Below are positions 6,371-15,063 of a stretch of DNA of 31,798 nt, in pieces (position 1 is the stretch's first letter; every line of letters starts with the position of its first letter). The notes under the pieces were generated by a model. The model made no database searches, was not told the origin of the DNA, and saw nothing but the letters and a program-made list of their open reading frames with translations. The stretch covers positions 1-31,798 of IMG/VR virus record IMGVR_UViG_3300045988_076218; one strand, 5' to 3'. The DNA is from a virus. The position numbers and the translations under genes are program-made.

Positions 6371-7219
6371 CTATAGTTTAAGATAATGGATACAATAGTT
6401 GACTCGTATCGTGGACGATGTCGCGGGATAAAAATACTGAAAATATGCATTATTACTTCCCCACCATTCTGGGGCATAGAAATGAATAGCAGCGGCGTTT
6501 CCATCCCCGTTATTGGTAGTGATGACACATTTTCCTTCGTCAAAATTACTGATAGATGGATCATAGAATTTTAAGATCTTAGACAGCAGGTCCGAAGCTG
6601 AAAACAATTGTCTATAATCCGCATTTGCGCCTTGCAATACGAGAGTCCCCATAATCATGATGTAGTGTGGTGTGCATATTCCCGCTTCGCTGCTGTTTCG
6701 GCGCTTAAACACCGGCAATTTTCTATTTAGTTCAGTAATATTTGGCGCTTCGCTGAATACTTTTTGCACTTCTACTATGTTTAGCCCGTCAATTATGATC
6801 TTGTACATTGGCATGTCCGCTACCGCATCGCCGGACTGTATATCTCCCGTTATGTGGCTCGGTACTGCTGGATTTGATTCTGCTGGTGTCCCCTGGATCG
6901 CCACGAATCGCATGAACTCTTTCCCATCGTCCTGGTTTCTCTGATATCTTGCTACGATGAGATCAATTCTTTTCATCCCCTGTGATCCATTCACGATAGT
7001 TACAGAGTCATAGGTGTTCTTTTTTATTGACGCCGCACATCCTTGGTGCATGATAACCCCATCCCGGATCTTAATCTCGTTATTAGATGATACCTCTGCT
7101 GCCATTTTCATTCCCGTTTGAAGGACATATGATTCTTCCCCAAACGTCCCTATATTTATATCTCGATCCTGCTCGGATCTAACATGCTTGGCTCCGGTGA
7201 ATCCAGTTATTATTTCCAT
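6371..7219 (-). CDS. Putative receptor-binding / tail fibre protein (constant N-terminus plus currently expressed variable C-terminus)
   Basis: It is the last gene of the tail block after TMP, Dit and Tal. It is translationally coupled to the upstream gene. It contains the right inverted repeat at codons 163-168. Confidence 0.65.
   Translation of the reverse strand: MEIITGFTGAKHVRSEQDRDINIGTFGEESYVLQTGMKMAAEVSSNNEIKIRDGVIMHQGCAASIKKNTYDSVTIVNGSQGMKRIDLIVARYQRNQDDGKEFMRFVAIQGTPAESNPAVPSHITGDIQSGDAVADMPMYKIIIDGLNIVEVQKVFSEAPNITELNRKLPVFKRRNSSEAGICTPHYIMIMGTLVLQGANADYRQLFSASDLLSKILKFYDPSISNFDEGKCVITTNNGDGNAAAIHFYAPEWWGSNNAYFQYFYPATSSTIRVNYCIHYLKL
6717..6731. repeat. Inverted repeat, right copy (AATTTTCTATTTAGT)
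   Basis: Perfect reverse complement of 6048..6062. It lies inside gene 6371..7219 and encodes E-L-N-R-K-L. Confidence 0.9.
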
Positions 7220-8223
7220 TACGTCTCTCCTTCCAGTTTGTACTCGATTTTTTCCCTACCGTCCGCAATCGTCCATATTTTCCTTCCAATGGGCTTTTTT
7301 ATGCTTACCTGTGTTAAATAGTCTCGCCCTCCGACAATATCACCGATATCTATGCTTCCTTCCAGTTTTTCCATTGTCATGTTATATTCCGTACGGTTCT
7401 TAAGTCCTTCCAGCTTCTCAATTCCGTTCTTAATCAGGTCATCCTTCTCAGATCCATTGCTATCATAGATTTCTGCTATCTCGTCCGCTCCCCTGTAATG
7501 CTGCGTATATCCGACATTATTATTCCCATCAACGTACAGATGCACCACCAGCCGATCCTTCAGATCTCCTTTCCCAAGGCATATCAGATGGTTTACGCCG
7601 CGCCGATTATCATCCATCGTGAAATTCATGTTATTGTCGTTTGATAATTCGTACTCCTTCGAGTAGTCTACGATTGGTACCGCCTGTACCATCACGTACC
7701 CCACCTCGTTTACGGCTCCATTCCGGTATCGTATGTCCAGCCGGTATCCTACCGACTTTAGCATCTTTACGATTCCCGCATGCAGCGTGCAGTATCTGTC
7801 AAACTGGTAGTTCTCCACTCTTACTCCGGTATCCTTGTCAACTCCGTAGAACATCCCTGGAAATTCGGCTTCCACCATTGACTTTATGATGCTGTTTATT
7901 TCTCCTGACGCTTTGGCATAGTCCTGCCCCGGTGCCGGAGTAATAATCTTTTTTGCGAGCATTCCCCTCCATGTATATCCATTTACAATGACCGTATTCG
8001 CCCTGGTGTCCGTGCTTATCTCTCTTACGATCCCTCCGAATTCGGTATTTGGCGAGAACATCCTGCATCCGTATGTGATATTTCCAGTCCAGTAATATCT
8101 CTTAAACTCTACCTCAAAGTCGTTTATGCTGTCCTTCTCATCCTCCCCGACCTCGAAGTCAATGTTCGCTTTTAGCACGTATCCCTCCTCTCTTCCAAGT
8201 ATGTCTGTTTGGATTAGCTCCAT
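7219..8223 (-). CDS. Tail-associated / baseplate protein in the Tal position (resembles siphovirus Gp37-like family)
   Basis: Its position is after Dit. The N-terminal pattern MELIQTDILGRE...YWTGNITYG...TVIVNGYTWRGML is recalled from the Gp37-like family. This was not verified by search. Confidence 0.6.
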   Translation of the reverse strand: MELIQTDILGREEGYVLKANIDFEVGEDEKDSINDFEVEFKRYYWTGNITYGCRMFSPNTEFGGIVREISTDTRANTVIVNGYTWRGMLAKKIITPAPGQDYAKASGEINSIIKSMVEAEFPGMFYGVDKDTGVRVENYQFDRYCTLHAGIVKMLKSVGYRLDIRYRNGAVNEVGYVMVQAVPIVDYSKEYELSNDNNMNFTMDDNRRGVNHLICLGKGDLKDRLVVHLYVDGNNNVGYTQHYRGADEIAEIYDSNGSEKDDLIKNGIEKLEGLKNRTEYNMTMEKLEGSIDIGDIVGGRDYLTQVSIKKPIGRKIWTIADGREKIEYKLEGET

Positions 8224-9050
8224 TTTGGCACACTCCTTTCCTTATATACGGTCACATCGAATCCGAAGTCTCCGCTCCACGATACAAGCAGTTCTCCAGG
8301 TGGAATTTTCTCAAACACCGAACTTTTCTTCTCCCTTTTTGCAAATATGTTCCGAACGGTTCCGTTCGATAGGTGCTTCGTAACTGTCTTGTCACGGTTC
8401 TCTATAATCATGTACTCTTCTGGCTCAAGCGTATCGTATACCTGGTATACATGGCTATTAATCGTTATTCTCGGGTTCGCACATGGTCCATATATTGTCA
8501 TCTTGAAATTGCTGTTCCTGTAATGGTCTATAATCCAGTGCTGTGATCCTGCGGCTGGCCTAGAATAGTCATACGCATAATCAAAAGGATAGTCCAGGAA
8601 CTCATACTCCTCACCTTTATGCGCCGAGTCTGGATAAAAACTCTTCGATTGCTCCATTGACCAGAACGGATAAGGGCAGTAGATGTCAACCTTGCAATCC
8701 GTCCAGTTATTCCATGTTCCTGATATCTCGTTGCTTAATCCACTGATATAGCAGTCGATATAGTATTCCCCGTAATAGATTCTCCCCGGAGTCGCATTGA
8801 CAATATCATATTCGAATGCATCCGTCAGTTCGTCAATCATAGCCTTTCGGCTTTCAAGTTTTCCTCGCATCGTAAGCGTGATCGAGTATTTTACAGACTC
8901 CTTCGTAAATCCGTACACGCTGTCCCCGAACTGTATCTCCGTAGAATTCTGCTTCCATTCGTACTTGTGGAAATTTCCTGATGTGGCGCGCATCCTGTCT
9001 CCGATCAGGCTGTATTCCTTCCCATTCGAGCATACATACCTTACTATCAT
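8214..9050 (-). CDS. Distal tail protein (Dit, phage tail family)
   Basis: It lies immediately downstream of the tape measure gene with a 4-nt overlap. Its size (278 aa) is typical. Confidence 0.6.
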   Translation of the reverse strand: MIVRYVCSNGKEYSLIGDRMRATSGNFHKYEWKQNSTEIQFGDSVYGFTKESVKYSITLTMRGKLESRKAMIDELTDAFEYDIVNATPGRIYYGEYYIDCYISGLSNEISGTWNNWTDCKVDIYCPYPFWSMEQSKSFYPDSAHKGEEYEFLDYPFDYAYDYSRPAAGSQHWIIDHYRNSNFKMTIYGPCANPRITINSHVYQVYDTLEPEEYMIIENRDKTVTKHLSNGTVRNIFAKREKKSSVFEKIPPGELLVSWSGDFGFDVTVYKERSVPKWS

Positions 9051-10987
9051 CTGAATGCCACCCCCATTTCCCGAAATGCTCTTACTGCTTCCCGTTTTCC
9101 AATCTGCATATGCAGTTCCTGTGTTCCGCCAGACGAATCTTCCAGTATGCTGATCAGCATATCCAGCCTGCTCAGGATTCCTTGATCCGCTCCTGTCCTG
9201 CTGTCTATGCTCAATCTGCTTGCCTCCTGCGCAATGCTGGTTCCAAATGGACTCATGGCTGCATCCTTCAATTCATCTGCCGCGTTTGATACCAGGCTTA
9301 GCCCGTCTTCCATCTCGTTCGCAATTCCAAGTACGACCATTCTTCCAACATATCCTCCCCACCGTGATGGAGAATGGATTCCGAAAAACTCCAGGACCTT
9401 GTCCTTGAATCCTCCCAGCACTTCCTTTGCGGCATTCCATAACTGGCTTGCCGCATTGCTTATGCCTTTTGCAATTCCGCTTATAACGCTTCTTCCGATC
9501 GCTCCCCAGTCCGTCTCGTTAAATGCATTCTTCACGGATCGTATGATTTCCGGTATCTTTCCTACCAGCGTCGGGATTGCCCGTATAAGCCCTGCCCCTA
9601 GTTTTCCAATCATTTCGATTCCGGTTTGCAGAATCTGTGGAAGGTTCCTTGAAAATTCCGCAACCATCCTGATCACTATGGTTGCCGCGGCTGATATAAT
9701 TTGCGGAAGGTTGTTCACGACCCCATTGACAAGACTCAGAATGAGGTTTCCTCCTGCCGATATGATCGTTGGAAGCGCAGATGAGATAGTCCCTATGAAC
9801 TGTGCTATCACGTTTCCTGCCCCAAGGATCAGAGATGGAAGGTTCAGAAGGATTCCATTTACGAAATGTACGATGAAATTGCTCCCAGATTCCAGCATCA
9901 ATGGTAGTTGCGTCTCTATTCCCGTCTTTAGGCTTCCGATTATGGATGTCGCCATTTCAAACACCTGTGGCGCATACGTAAGTATTCCATTCCATAATTG
10001 TGTGAATATTGTCGCGACTGATGTGAGCAGTTGCGGTCCAGCCGCCGTAATCTGCGTCCCGAGCTGCGGGATCCATTCCGATATCGCCGCCGCCAGTTTC
10101 GGCCCCAGCGATTTCACGAATGTGATGATTGCTCCAGGAAGCGCTGTAAGAATGTTCCATACTGCCGGCCATAGATTCCCTACCAGGAATGTTGTGATCG
10201 TCTCGGCCAGCGCATTAAGCGATGGCCCTACATCCATTCCAAGCGTGAGTTCTCCAAGCACATTCCTGAATGCCGCTTTCATTGATGCAAATGATCCAGA
10301 AATTGTAGAAGCGGACTCTTTTGCCGTCGTCCCGGTTATATCCAATTCTCCTTGTATTACATGAATCGCGCTATACACATCGGACAAATTATTTATGTCA
10401 TACTTGACACCTGTGATTTTCTGGGCATCTGCAAGCAGACGTTCCATTTCCGTCTTCGTACCACCATAACCTAATTTTAGGTTGTCCAGCATGGTGTAAT
10501 TCTGCTTCGCGAATCCCTGATAAGCATTCTTAATATCTTCCATGCTGGTTCCCATCTTGTTCGCGTTGTCTGACATGTCCGTCATTGCCATATCCGCAAT
10601 ATCCGCGGCCTTCGCTGTATCGTTTCCCAGGCTGCTAAGGAGGCTTGCGGAGAAGCTTGTGGTCAACTCCATGTACTCATTGGCACTCATGCCGGCTGTT
10701 CGGTAAGCTTCTGCAGCATTTGCCTTGACCTTGTCAGCAGAATCCTTGAACAGGGTTTCGATGCCTCCAAGACTCTGCTCTAGGTTTGCACCCTCGCTAA
10801 TTGTCGATGCCAATGCTTTTCCAATTGCTGCTGTTGCTATTACGCCTTTGATTTTACCTATCAGCTTTCCACCGAACGAACTTCCGGCTACATCTGCCTC
10901 TGGATCAATTTCCTTCTGTATCCCCCCGCTTATTCCTTTCGCCGACGGTATGATCTGCACGTATGCCTTTGCGAGTTCTGTCGCCAT
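9047..10987 (-). CDS. Tail tape measure protein
   Basis: It is 646 aa and Ala/Gly/Ile-rich, with internal repeats (NLPSLILGAGN / ALPTIISAGGN / NLPQIISAAAT). It follows the chaperone pair. Confidence 0.9.
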   Translation of the reverse strand: MATELAKAYVQIIPSAKGISGGIQKEIDPEADVAGSSFGGKLIGKIKGVIATAAIGKALASTISEGANLEQSLGGIETLFKDSADKVKANAAEAYRTAGMSANEYMELTTSFSASLLSSLGNDTAKAADIADMAMTDMSDNANKMGTSMEDIKNAYQGFAKQNYTMLDNLKLGYGGTKTEMERLLADAQKITGVKYDINNLSDVYSAIHVIQGELDITGTTAKESASTISGSFASMKAAFRNVLGELTLGMDVGPSLNALAETITTFLVGNLWPAVWNILTALPGAIITFVKSLGPKLAAAISEWIPQLGTQITAAGPQLLTSVATIFTQLWNGILTYAPQVFEMATSIIGSLKTGIETQLPLMLESGSNFIVHFVNGILLNLPSLILGAGNVIAQFIGTISSALPTIISAGGNLILSLVNGVVNNLPQIISAAATIVIRMVAEFSRNLPQILQTGIEMIGKLGAGLIRAIPTLVGKIPEIIRSVKNAFNETDWGAIGRSVISGIAKGISNAASQLWNAAKEVLGGFKDKVLEFFGIHSPSRWGGYVGRMVVLGIANEMEDGLSLVSNAADELKDAAMSPFGTSIAQEASRLSIDSRTGADQGILSRLDMLISILEDSSGGTQELHMQIGKREAVRAFREMGVAFR

Positions 10988-10990
10988 CTC

Positions 10991-11395
10991 CTATCCCTCC
11001 TTCCCTGCAAGCCTGTTCCATTCGTCCATGAATTCCTGTCCAGAAACGTATGCCATTATGTTCTCATTCCTTGCCTTCTCTTCTCCCATAATGGCCTGTA
11101 GGATGGATGCTGGACGCTTCCTTCCCTTTCTTCTATCGGACATCATCCATCCGATCATCCCGATTCTATCCACGATTGATGCAAGCATCATCTGCTCTGG
11201 AGTGATCTTCACTCCTGCCATTTCCAGTTTTACCCGTGAGTCGTTCCTCAGCCCACATGATAGTGTTGCTGCCATTCTGCATGGCATCGACCTATAATCA
11301 TATATCGCATAGGTTTCCGCAAGGTCGCATATGAGCGCATCCTCGTGATGTGCAACCATGTGGGCGAGGATCAGGAGTTTTTTCCCTGGCTGCAT
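10991..11395 (-). CDS. Tail assembly chaperone, frameshift-extension part (gpT-like)
   Basis: It overlaps the 3' end of 11371..11637 in the -1 frame at a slippery heptamer. Confidence 0.7.
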   Translation of the reverse strand: MQPGKKLLILAHMVAHHEDALICDLAETYAIYDYRSMPCRMAATLSCGLRNDSRVKLEMAGVKITPEQMMLASIVDRIGMIGWMMSDRRKGRKRPASILQAIMGEEKARNENIMAYVSGQEFMDEWNRLAGKEG

Positions 11396-11637
11396 CCCGT
11401 GAATATGTCCGTAATAGTCTCCGTCATTGCATGCGCGGTCACTCTTCCCCTTTCGTTTCTGAGATGATCCTTCAGTGCGTCCTTCTGCTCCTTTCCCAGA
11501 AGCATTTCAACGACATCCGTTACATATTGCGTGTTCCCCTTGTCAATCTCTGACAGTTTCTCCAGCATCTCGTAGTCGTCAAGCGCCTCGTCCTCAATCT
11601 CAAACTCGAACCCTGATCTCGTCTTTCCTGTTATCAT
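11371..11637 (-). CDS. Tail assembly chaperone (gpG-like)
   Basis: An acidic 88-aa protein between the major tail and tape measure genes. A slippery site lies 3 codons before its stop. Confidence 0.7.
   Translation of the reverse strand: MITGKTRSGFEFEIEDEALDDYEMLEKLSEIDKGNTQYVTDVVEMLLGKEQKDALKDHLRNERGRVTAHAMTETITDIFTGCSQGKNS
11380..11386 (-). other. Programmed -1 ribosomal frameshift heptamer G GGA AAA
   Basis: The minus strand reads cag|gga|aaa|aac|tcc|tga. The -1 frame continues as ggg aaa aaa ctc ctg (GKKLLILAHM...), which is ORF 10991..11395. Confidence 0.7.
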
Positions 11638-12197
11638 TACACTGCCTCCTTCTTCTGCAAATATTCATAATGCGTGTTTCCTTCTGAATCCGGCATGGCC
11701 GTAATCGTTGTCTCGTATCCAATCGCATCCTCATCCGTATACGTGATATCTCCTACCTCTGTTACCTTGGCTGATGGGACTACGATCCGTTTCAGCACTC
11801 CTCCTTTTAGGATCATGTCGAATACCCATGCGCTTTCCTCCATCTCCTTGTTATTCGCTTTTACCTTGATTCCCGTTTCCAGCGTTCCTGATACATTTTT
11901 TTCCCCATATACGGCTTTCAGCACCTCTACGTTAAGCGCTTCTATCAGAGTGTACTGAAACGTGTCCTCCTTGCTTGTCTGTAGCGTCAGTACGGTATCC
12001 CCTCCCCACGCTTTCTTATTGTCGCTCTCCGGGCTGTTTGAATTTACTATCCCGTCTTCGCTGCAATATCCAAGAGGCTTGAATGCCTCGTCCAACTTCG
12101 TAATGGCATCCATCGGAAGCGTACTCCCAATTGGTGCCCTGTAGACCGCTCCTCCGGTCTTGGGTTTCCCTGTGCTTACCTTCATTGCATCTGACAT
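11637..12197 (-). CDS. Major tail protein
   Basis: Size (186 aa), position, and an N-terminal pattern [20 protein letters not shown] typical of TP901-1/phi13-type major tail proteins. Confidence 0.8.
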   Translation of the reverse strand: MSDAMKVSTGKPKTGGAVYRAPIGSTLPMDAITKLDEAFKPLGYCSEDGIVNSNSPESDNKKAWGGDTVLTLQTSKEDTFQYTLIEALNVEVLKAVYGEKNVSGTLETGIKVKANNKEMEESAWVFDMILKGGVLKRIVVPSAKVTEVGDITYTDEDAIGYETTITAMPDSEGNTHYEYLQKKEAV

Positions 12198-12209
12198 TTT
12201 TTACTCCTT

Positions 12210-12554
12210 TCAATAATGGGTGATGTCAAACACCGCCTGGTAGCGGTATTTTTTTCTGCCTGTATCTGTATAGTTATAATCACTATTCAGATTGCAGCTG
12301 CAGATATCGTCCAACTCAATTATGTTTTCCATTACTTTTTTCACCCGCTCATTGAGCGATGCTGCCCCAAACAGGGACATAGAATAAGACTGGATAGCCA
12401 GAGTTGCTGATGCAATATGGTTCTCTGAACTGGATCCAGTCTTTTCAATCAATACATATTCTTTTCCCAGACTATCATCTTCTTCCAGTCTGACCGGTAT
12501 CTCTAGTCTGGACTGCAGATAGTACTTAACGATTTTTTCCACCATGTTTTCCAA
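12210..12554 (-). CDS. Neck / tail-completion protein (hypothetical)
   Basis: Position between the head-tail joining genes and the major tail gene. No motif. Confidence 0.5.
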   Translation of the reverse strand: MENMVEKIVKYYLQSRLEIPVRLEEDDSLGKEYVLIEKTGSSSENHIASATLAIQSYSMSLFGAASLNERVKKVMENIIELDDICSCNLNSDYNYTDTGRKKYRYQAVFDITHY

Positions 12555-12747
12555 CCGCCTTCAGTAATCCGTTGTTTCCGTCATCACCGCAGACCTTTAC
12601 AACTGCACGGGTCTGTGCGACATACGCCTTAGTTTCATTAACTCGAGCTATTTTTGTTGCACGCTCCATAAGGATTGCCTGCATCTCCGGAGATCTCATC
12701 AACTCCCGGACTCCCGCACGGTTCAGAACAATCTTTGTCTTACCCAT
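12526..12747 (-). CDS. HK97 gp10-like neck protein
   Basis: Position, plus the N-terminal pattern IVLNRAGVRELMRSPEMQ. Confidence 0.5.
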   Translation of the reverse strand: MGKTKIVLNRAGVRELMRSPEMQAILMERATKIARVNETKAYVAQTRAVVKVCGDDGNNGLLKAVGKHGGKNR

Positions 12748-13081
12748 ATAGCGCCACCTGCCATTTCTGATTCCAGTCTAACGGAATATTTTCTTCAATG
12801 CCCTGTTGCGGGAACCCGATTACCTGCCATGACATCCCGAAGAAATCCACCCGGCAATCCTGCCAGGTGTGATTATCCCCCTTCGGGATTGCAATATTGT
12901 ATACCGCTTTCTTTCCAGTCAAGTTCAACGTATTAAGAATCTCTGTCGTCGACACCGGAGCTACAAGCACGTTCTCGACTGTTACCGGAGTCTCTTGGTA
13001 TATCGGGTGGTCAAATTCATCTTTTCCAATCACCGTTATCTCATACAGTGTTACCGGAATCCCCTTGATCATCGATGCCAT
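12740..13081 (-). CDS. Head closure / head-tail adaptor protein
   Basis: Position and size (113 aa) within the connector block. Confidence 0.55.
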   Translation of the reverse strand: MASMIKGIPVTLYEITVIGKDEFDHPIYQETPVTVENVLVAPVSTTEILNTLNLTGKKAVYNIAIPKGDNHTWQDCRVDFFGMSWQVIGFPQQGIEENIPLDWNQKWQVALYG

Positions 13082-13463
13082 AGATATCCATCACCCCTGC
13101 TCTTTGTCTTCTGAGTCCTAATCTGGATAACTCAGACTTCTTGATGAACAGACCTCCACCGGGCACCAGATACGTTCCTGTCACAGAATAGCCAAGAGCC
13201 GACTGTGACACCTGCGTCATTGGTTCTGTGTCCGTCGATGTCATAAGCGTACGTGCCACAACATCGACAGTAACGGATTTCGCAACATTCCGCAGCGCAC
13301 CATTCTGTTCAGTCATCTTGTCCAAGTCTTTTCCGACCTTATTGGCTTCATACCTCAAAGAATCGGACACGACTACCAGAAGTTTCTCAGCCTTGCCGTA
13401 CTCAAATTCCTTAAGTTCCCGCCACAGACTACATATGTCCTCTAATGTTGCAAACGGATCCAT
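13041..13463 (-). CDS. Head-tail connector protein (gp6-like)
   Basis: Position after the capsid gene. 140 aa. Confidence 0.55.
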   Translation of the reverse strand: MDPFATLEDICSLWRELKEFEYGKAEKLLVVVSDSLRYEANKVGKDLDKMTEQNGALRNVAKSVTVDVVARTLMTSTDTEPMTQVSQSALGYSVTGTYLVPGGGLFIKKSELSRLGLRRQRAGVMDIYGIDDQGDSGNTV

Positions 13464-13618
13464 TATTTCGTACCCTCTTTTGAATCATCAGATGTATCTT
13501 TCTTAGATGATGTTTTCTTCTTTTCAGGTTCCTCTTCGACTACAGGTTCCCAGTTTTCACCGGAAACCTTGGATTCAACATCAATGATCGCTCCAGTTTT
13601 TACATTTTTATATTTCAT
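13463..13618 (-). CDS. Small charged protein (51 aa, MKYKNVKTGAIIDVESKVSGENWEPVVEEEPEKKK...)
   Basis: Hand translation. It fills the gap between the capsid and connector genes. Its stop overlaps the next ATG (ATAATG). Confidence 0.4.
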   Translation of the reverse strand: MKYKNVKTGAIIDVESKVSGENWEPVVEEEPEKKKTSSKKDTSDDSKEGTK

Positions 13619-13621
13619 ATC

Positions 13622-14506
13622 CTACGCCTCCGCCTCCTTGATTCTTGCAAACCATTCTGGCACTAGGATTCCCCAGCCGAGGTATGCTTCTGCGCGAATA
13701 TAGATCTGACCATATCCCTTCAGGTCTTTCCCTGAGTTGTCCGGATCTCCGTACTCAATAATCTCCATAGGAATTTCTTTCGAGTATCCCCATTTGAACG
13801 CGTTCTGGAAGTCTCCAACAATACCGTGAACTTTTGTGGTCCCACCAGATACGGTTCTATTAACACTGGTTTGGATTCCGTTAAATGATGCCGGCGATGC
13901 TCCAAAGGCAAATTCTGGATACTGTTTAATTCCATTTGCCTTGATTTTTGCCATATCCGAACCGAATGTCTTAGAGAGCGCAAGACCTGTCACGTCTCCG
14001 TCTGATCCATCTAACATCTTGATGGCATCTTCCAAATTAGTATCTGGTGTTGCTGAAGTATAATCCACGGACTGTGTCGCCTTTGCATCAAAATGATTAT
14101 CTCCAATCACCGAAGATGATTCTCCGGTTCTCGGATTAACTCCGTGCATACCAGCGAGATCAAATCCTTTTGCCAATTTTTTAGCAAAGCCGTCGTTAAA
14201 TGCTGTTAAAATATCCAGCTGTTCTTCTTCGGTAGCCGTCATAAATTCATCGGATACTCTTGCGCCATACTCGAATTTAATCGGTACAATTTTTACTGGT
14301 GCAACAGAGATACCACCTTCCGTTTTCTTTCCATTCTCAGCAACAATGTCAATTTCATTGTCCATAGAGAAAATCATTTCTTTTAATCCATTGAATGGGA
14401 TTGGCGTCTGACTGCATAATGCTGCCAGTGCTGATTTTCCTTTCACTTTTGTAATAAGATCTGTGACCAGCGTCGGGTCAAACATTGCTCCTTTTGATGT
14501 AGGCAT
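13622..14506 (-). CDS. Major capsid protein (HK97 fold family)
   Basis: It is 294 aa and follows the scaffold gene. The sequence pattern is typical of HK97-type capsid proteins of Firmicutes phages. Confidence 0.9.
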   Translation of the reverse strand: MPTSKGAMFDPTLVTDLITKVKGKSALAALCSQTPIPFNGLKEMIFSMDNEIDIVAENGKKTEGGISVAPVKIVPIKFEYGARVSDEFMTATEEEQLDILTAFNDGFAKKLAKGFDLAGMHGVNPRTGESSSVIGDNHFDAKATQSVDYTSATPDTNLEDAIKMLDGSDGDVTGLALSKTFGSDMAKIKANGIKQYPEFAFGASPASFNGIQTSVNRTVSGGTTKVHGIVGDFQNAFKWGYSKEIPMEIIEYGDPDNSGKDLKGYGQIYIRAEAYLGWGILVPEWFARIKEAEA

Positions 14507-14508
14507 AA

Positions 14509-14994
14509 TTATTCTCCTTTCAAATTAGCCAGCATATTTTTCATTGCTGTTTTTTTGTTGTCAATTTTCTGCGGATCTCCTCCGGCAAGTGGCGGGACAT
14601 CTTTCTTTTTCAAGAATTTCGCCATAGTTTCTGCATCTTTCTTGATTGCCTCCTCATCAGATCCGCTTAATCTACCTGCAAGTTCATACGGGATTCCATT
14701 CTCATGAGCAATTCTCATCTTGAGAGAACTGGTTTCAAATTCCTTGATCTTGCCCTGTGTTTCTTCAAGCTGTTTCTTATATCCGAGGTTCTTTTCTCCA
14801 TCACCATTGATTTCCTTGTTCAGCGCCGCAATCTGCTGTTCGAAGCCATCGGATTTTTCTTTTAGAGCGTCATAATCTTCTGCTTTCTTCTTGTAATCCT
14901 CAAACCCTTCATATTTTGCTTTCACTCCCGCAATGCGTTCTCCGATTACTTTATCAAGCTGCTCCTGTGTGGTAATTGGTGTAAATTCTGCCAT
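14509..14994 (-). CDS. Capsid scaffolding protein
   Basis: Highly charged coiled-coil, 161 aa, directly upstream of the capsid gene. Confidence 0.8.
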   Translation of the reverse strand: MAEFTPITTQEQLDKVIGERIAGVKAKYEGFEDYKKKAEDYDALKEKSDGFEQQIAALNKEINGDGEKNLGYKKQLEETQGKIKEFETSSLKMRIAHENGIPYELAGRLSGSDEEAIKKDAETMAKFLKKKDVPPLAGGDPQKIDNKKTAMKNMLANLKGE

Positions 14995-15035
14995 TTGTTG
15001 CTCCTTTCTCCATTAACCGCTGGGTTGCGTAATAT

Positions 15036-15062
15036 GTAAAAAGACACCCTGTTCAGGTGCCC
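15036..15062 (-). terminator. Weak intrinsic terminator/attenuator candidate after TerL
   Basis: The minus strand reads gggcacc-tgaac-agggtgtc followed by ttttta. The stem includes one G-U pair. Confidence 0.3.
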
Positions 15063-15063
15063 T

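Larger units (their letters stand above)
6048..6731. mobile_element. Putative invertible DNA segment (684 bp) carrying two alternative C-terminal cassettes of the tail receptor-binding gene
   Basis: It is bounded by the 15-bp inverted repeats. It contains the current minus-strand C-terminal coding part (6371..6716) and a convergent plus-strand cassette (6061..6369). The repeat is in the same codon phase in both. Confidence 0.55.

Noticed and set aside
6411-6425. Third partial copy (gacgatgtcgcggg) of the GCGACRTCGC leader motif
   Set aside because: It lies inside the coding sequence, is not followed by an SD or start, and matches only ~9 nt. This is compatible with chance.
6250-6564. 104-aa minus-strand ORF overlapping the 3' part of the tail gene
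   Set aside because: It is out of frame with 6371..7219 over most of its length, has no SD, and has an implausible composition.
6371-7219. Diversity-generating retroelement as the source of tail protein variability
   Set aside because: No reverse transcriptase gene is present in the window, and I could not see any template/variable repeat pair. The inverted-repeat cassette geometry explains the structure better.
9207-10364. 385-aa plus-strand ORF antisense to the tape measure gene
   Set aside because: It lies entirely inside a strongly supported minus-strand gene. It is Ser/Pro/Ile-rich and low in complexity, and has no SD. This is a typical antisense artefact of an Ala/Gly-rich gene.
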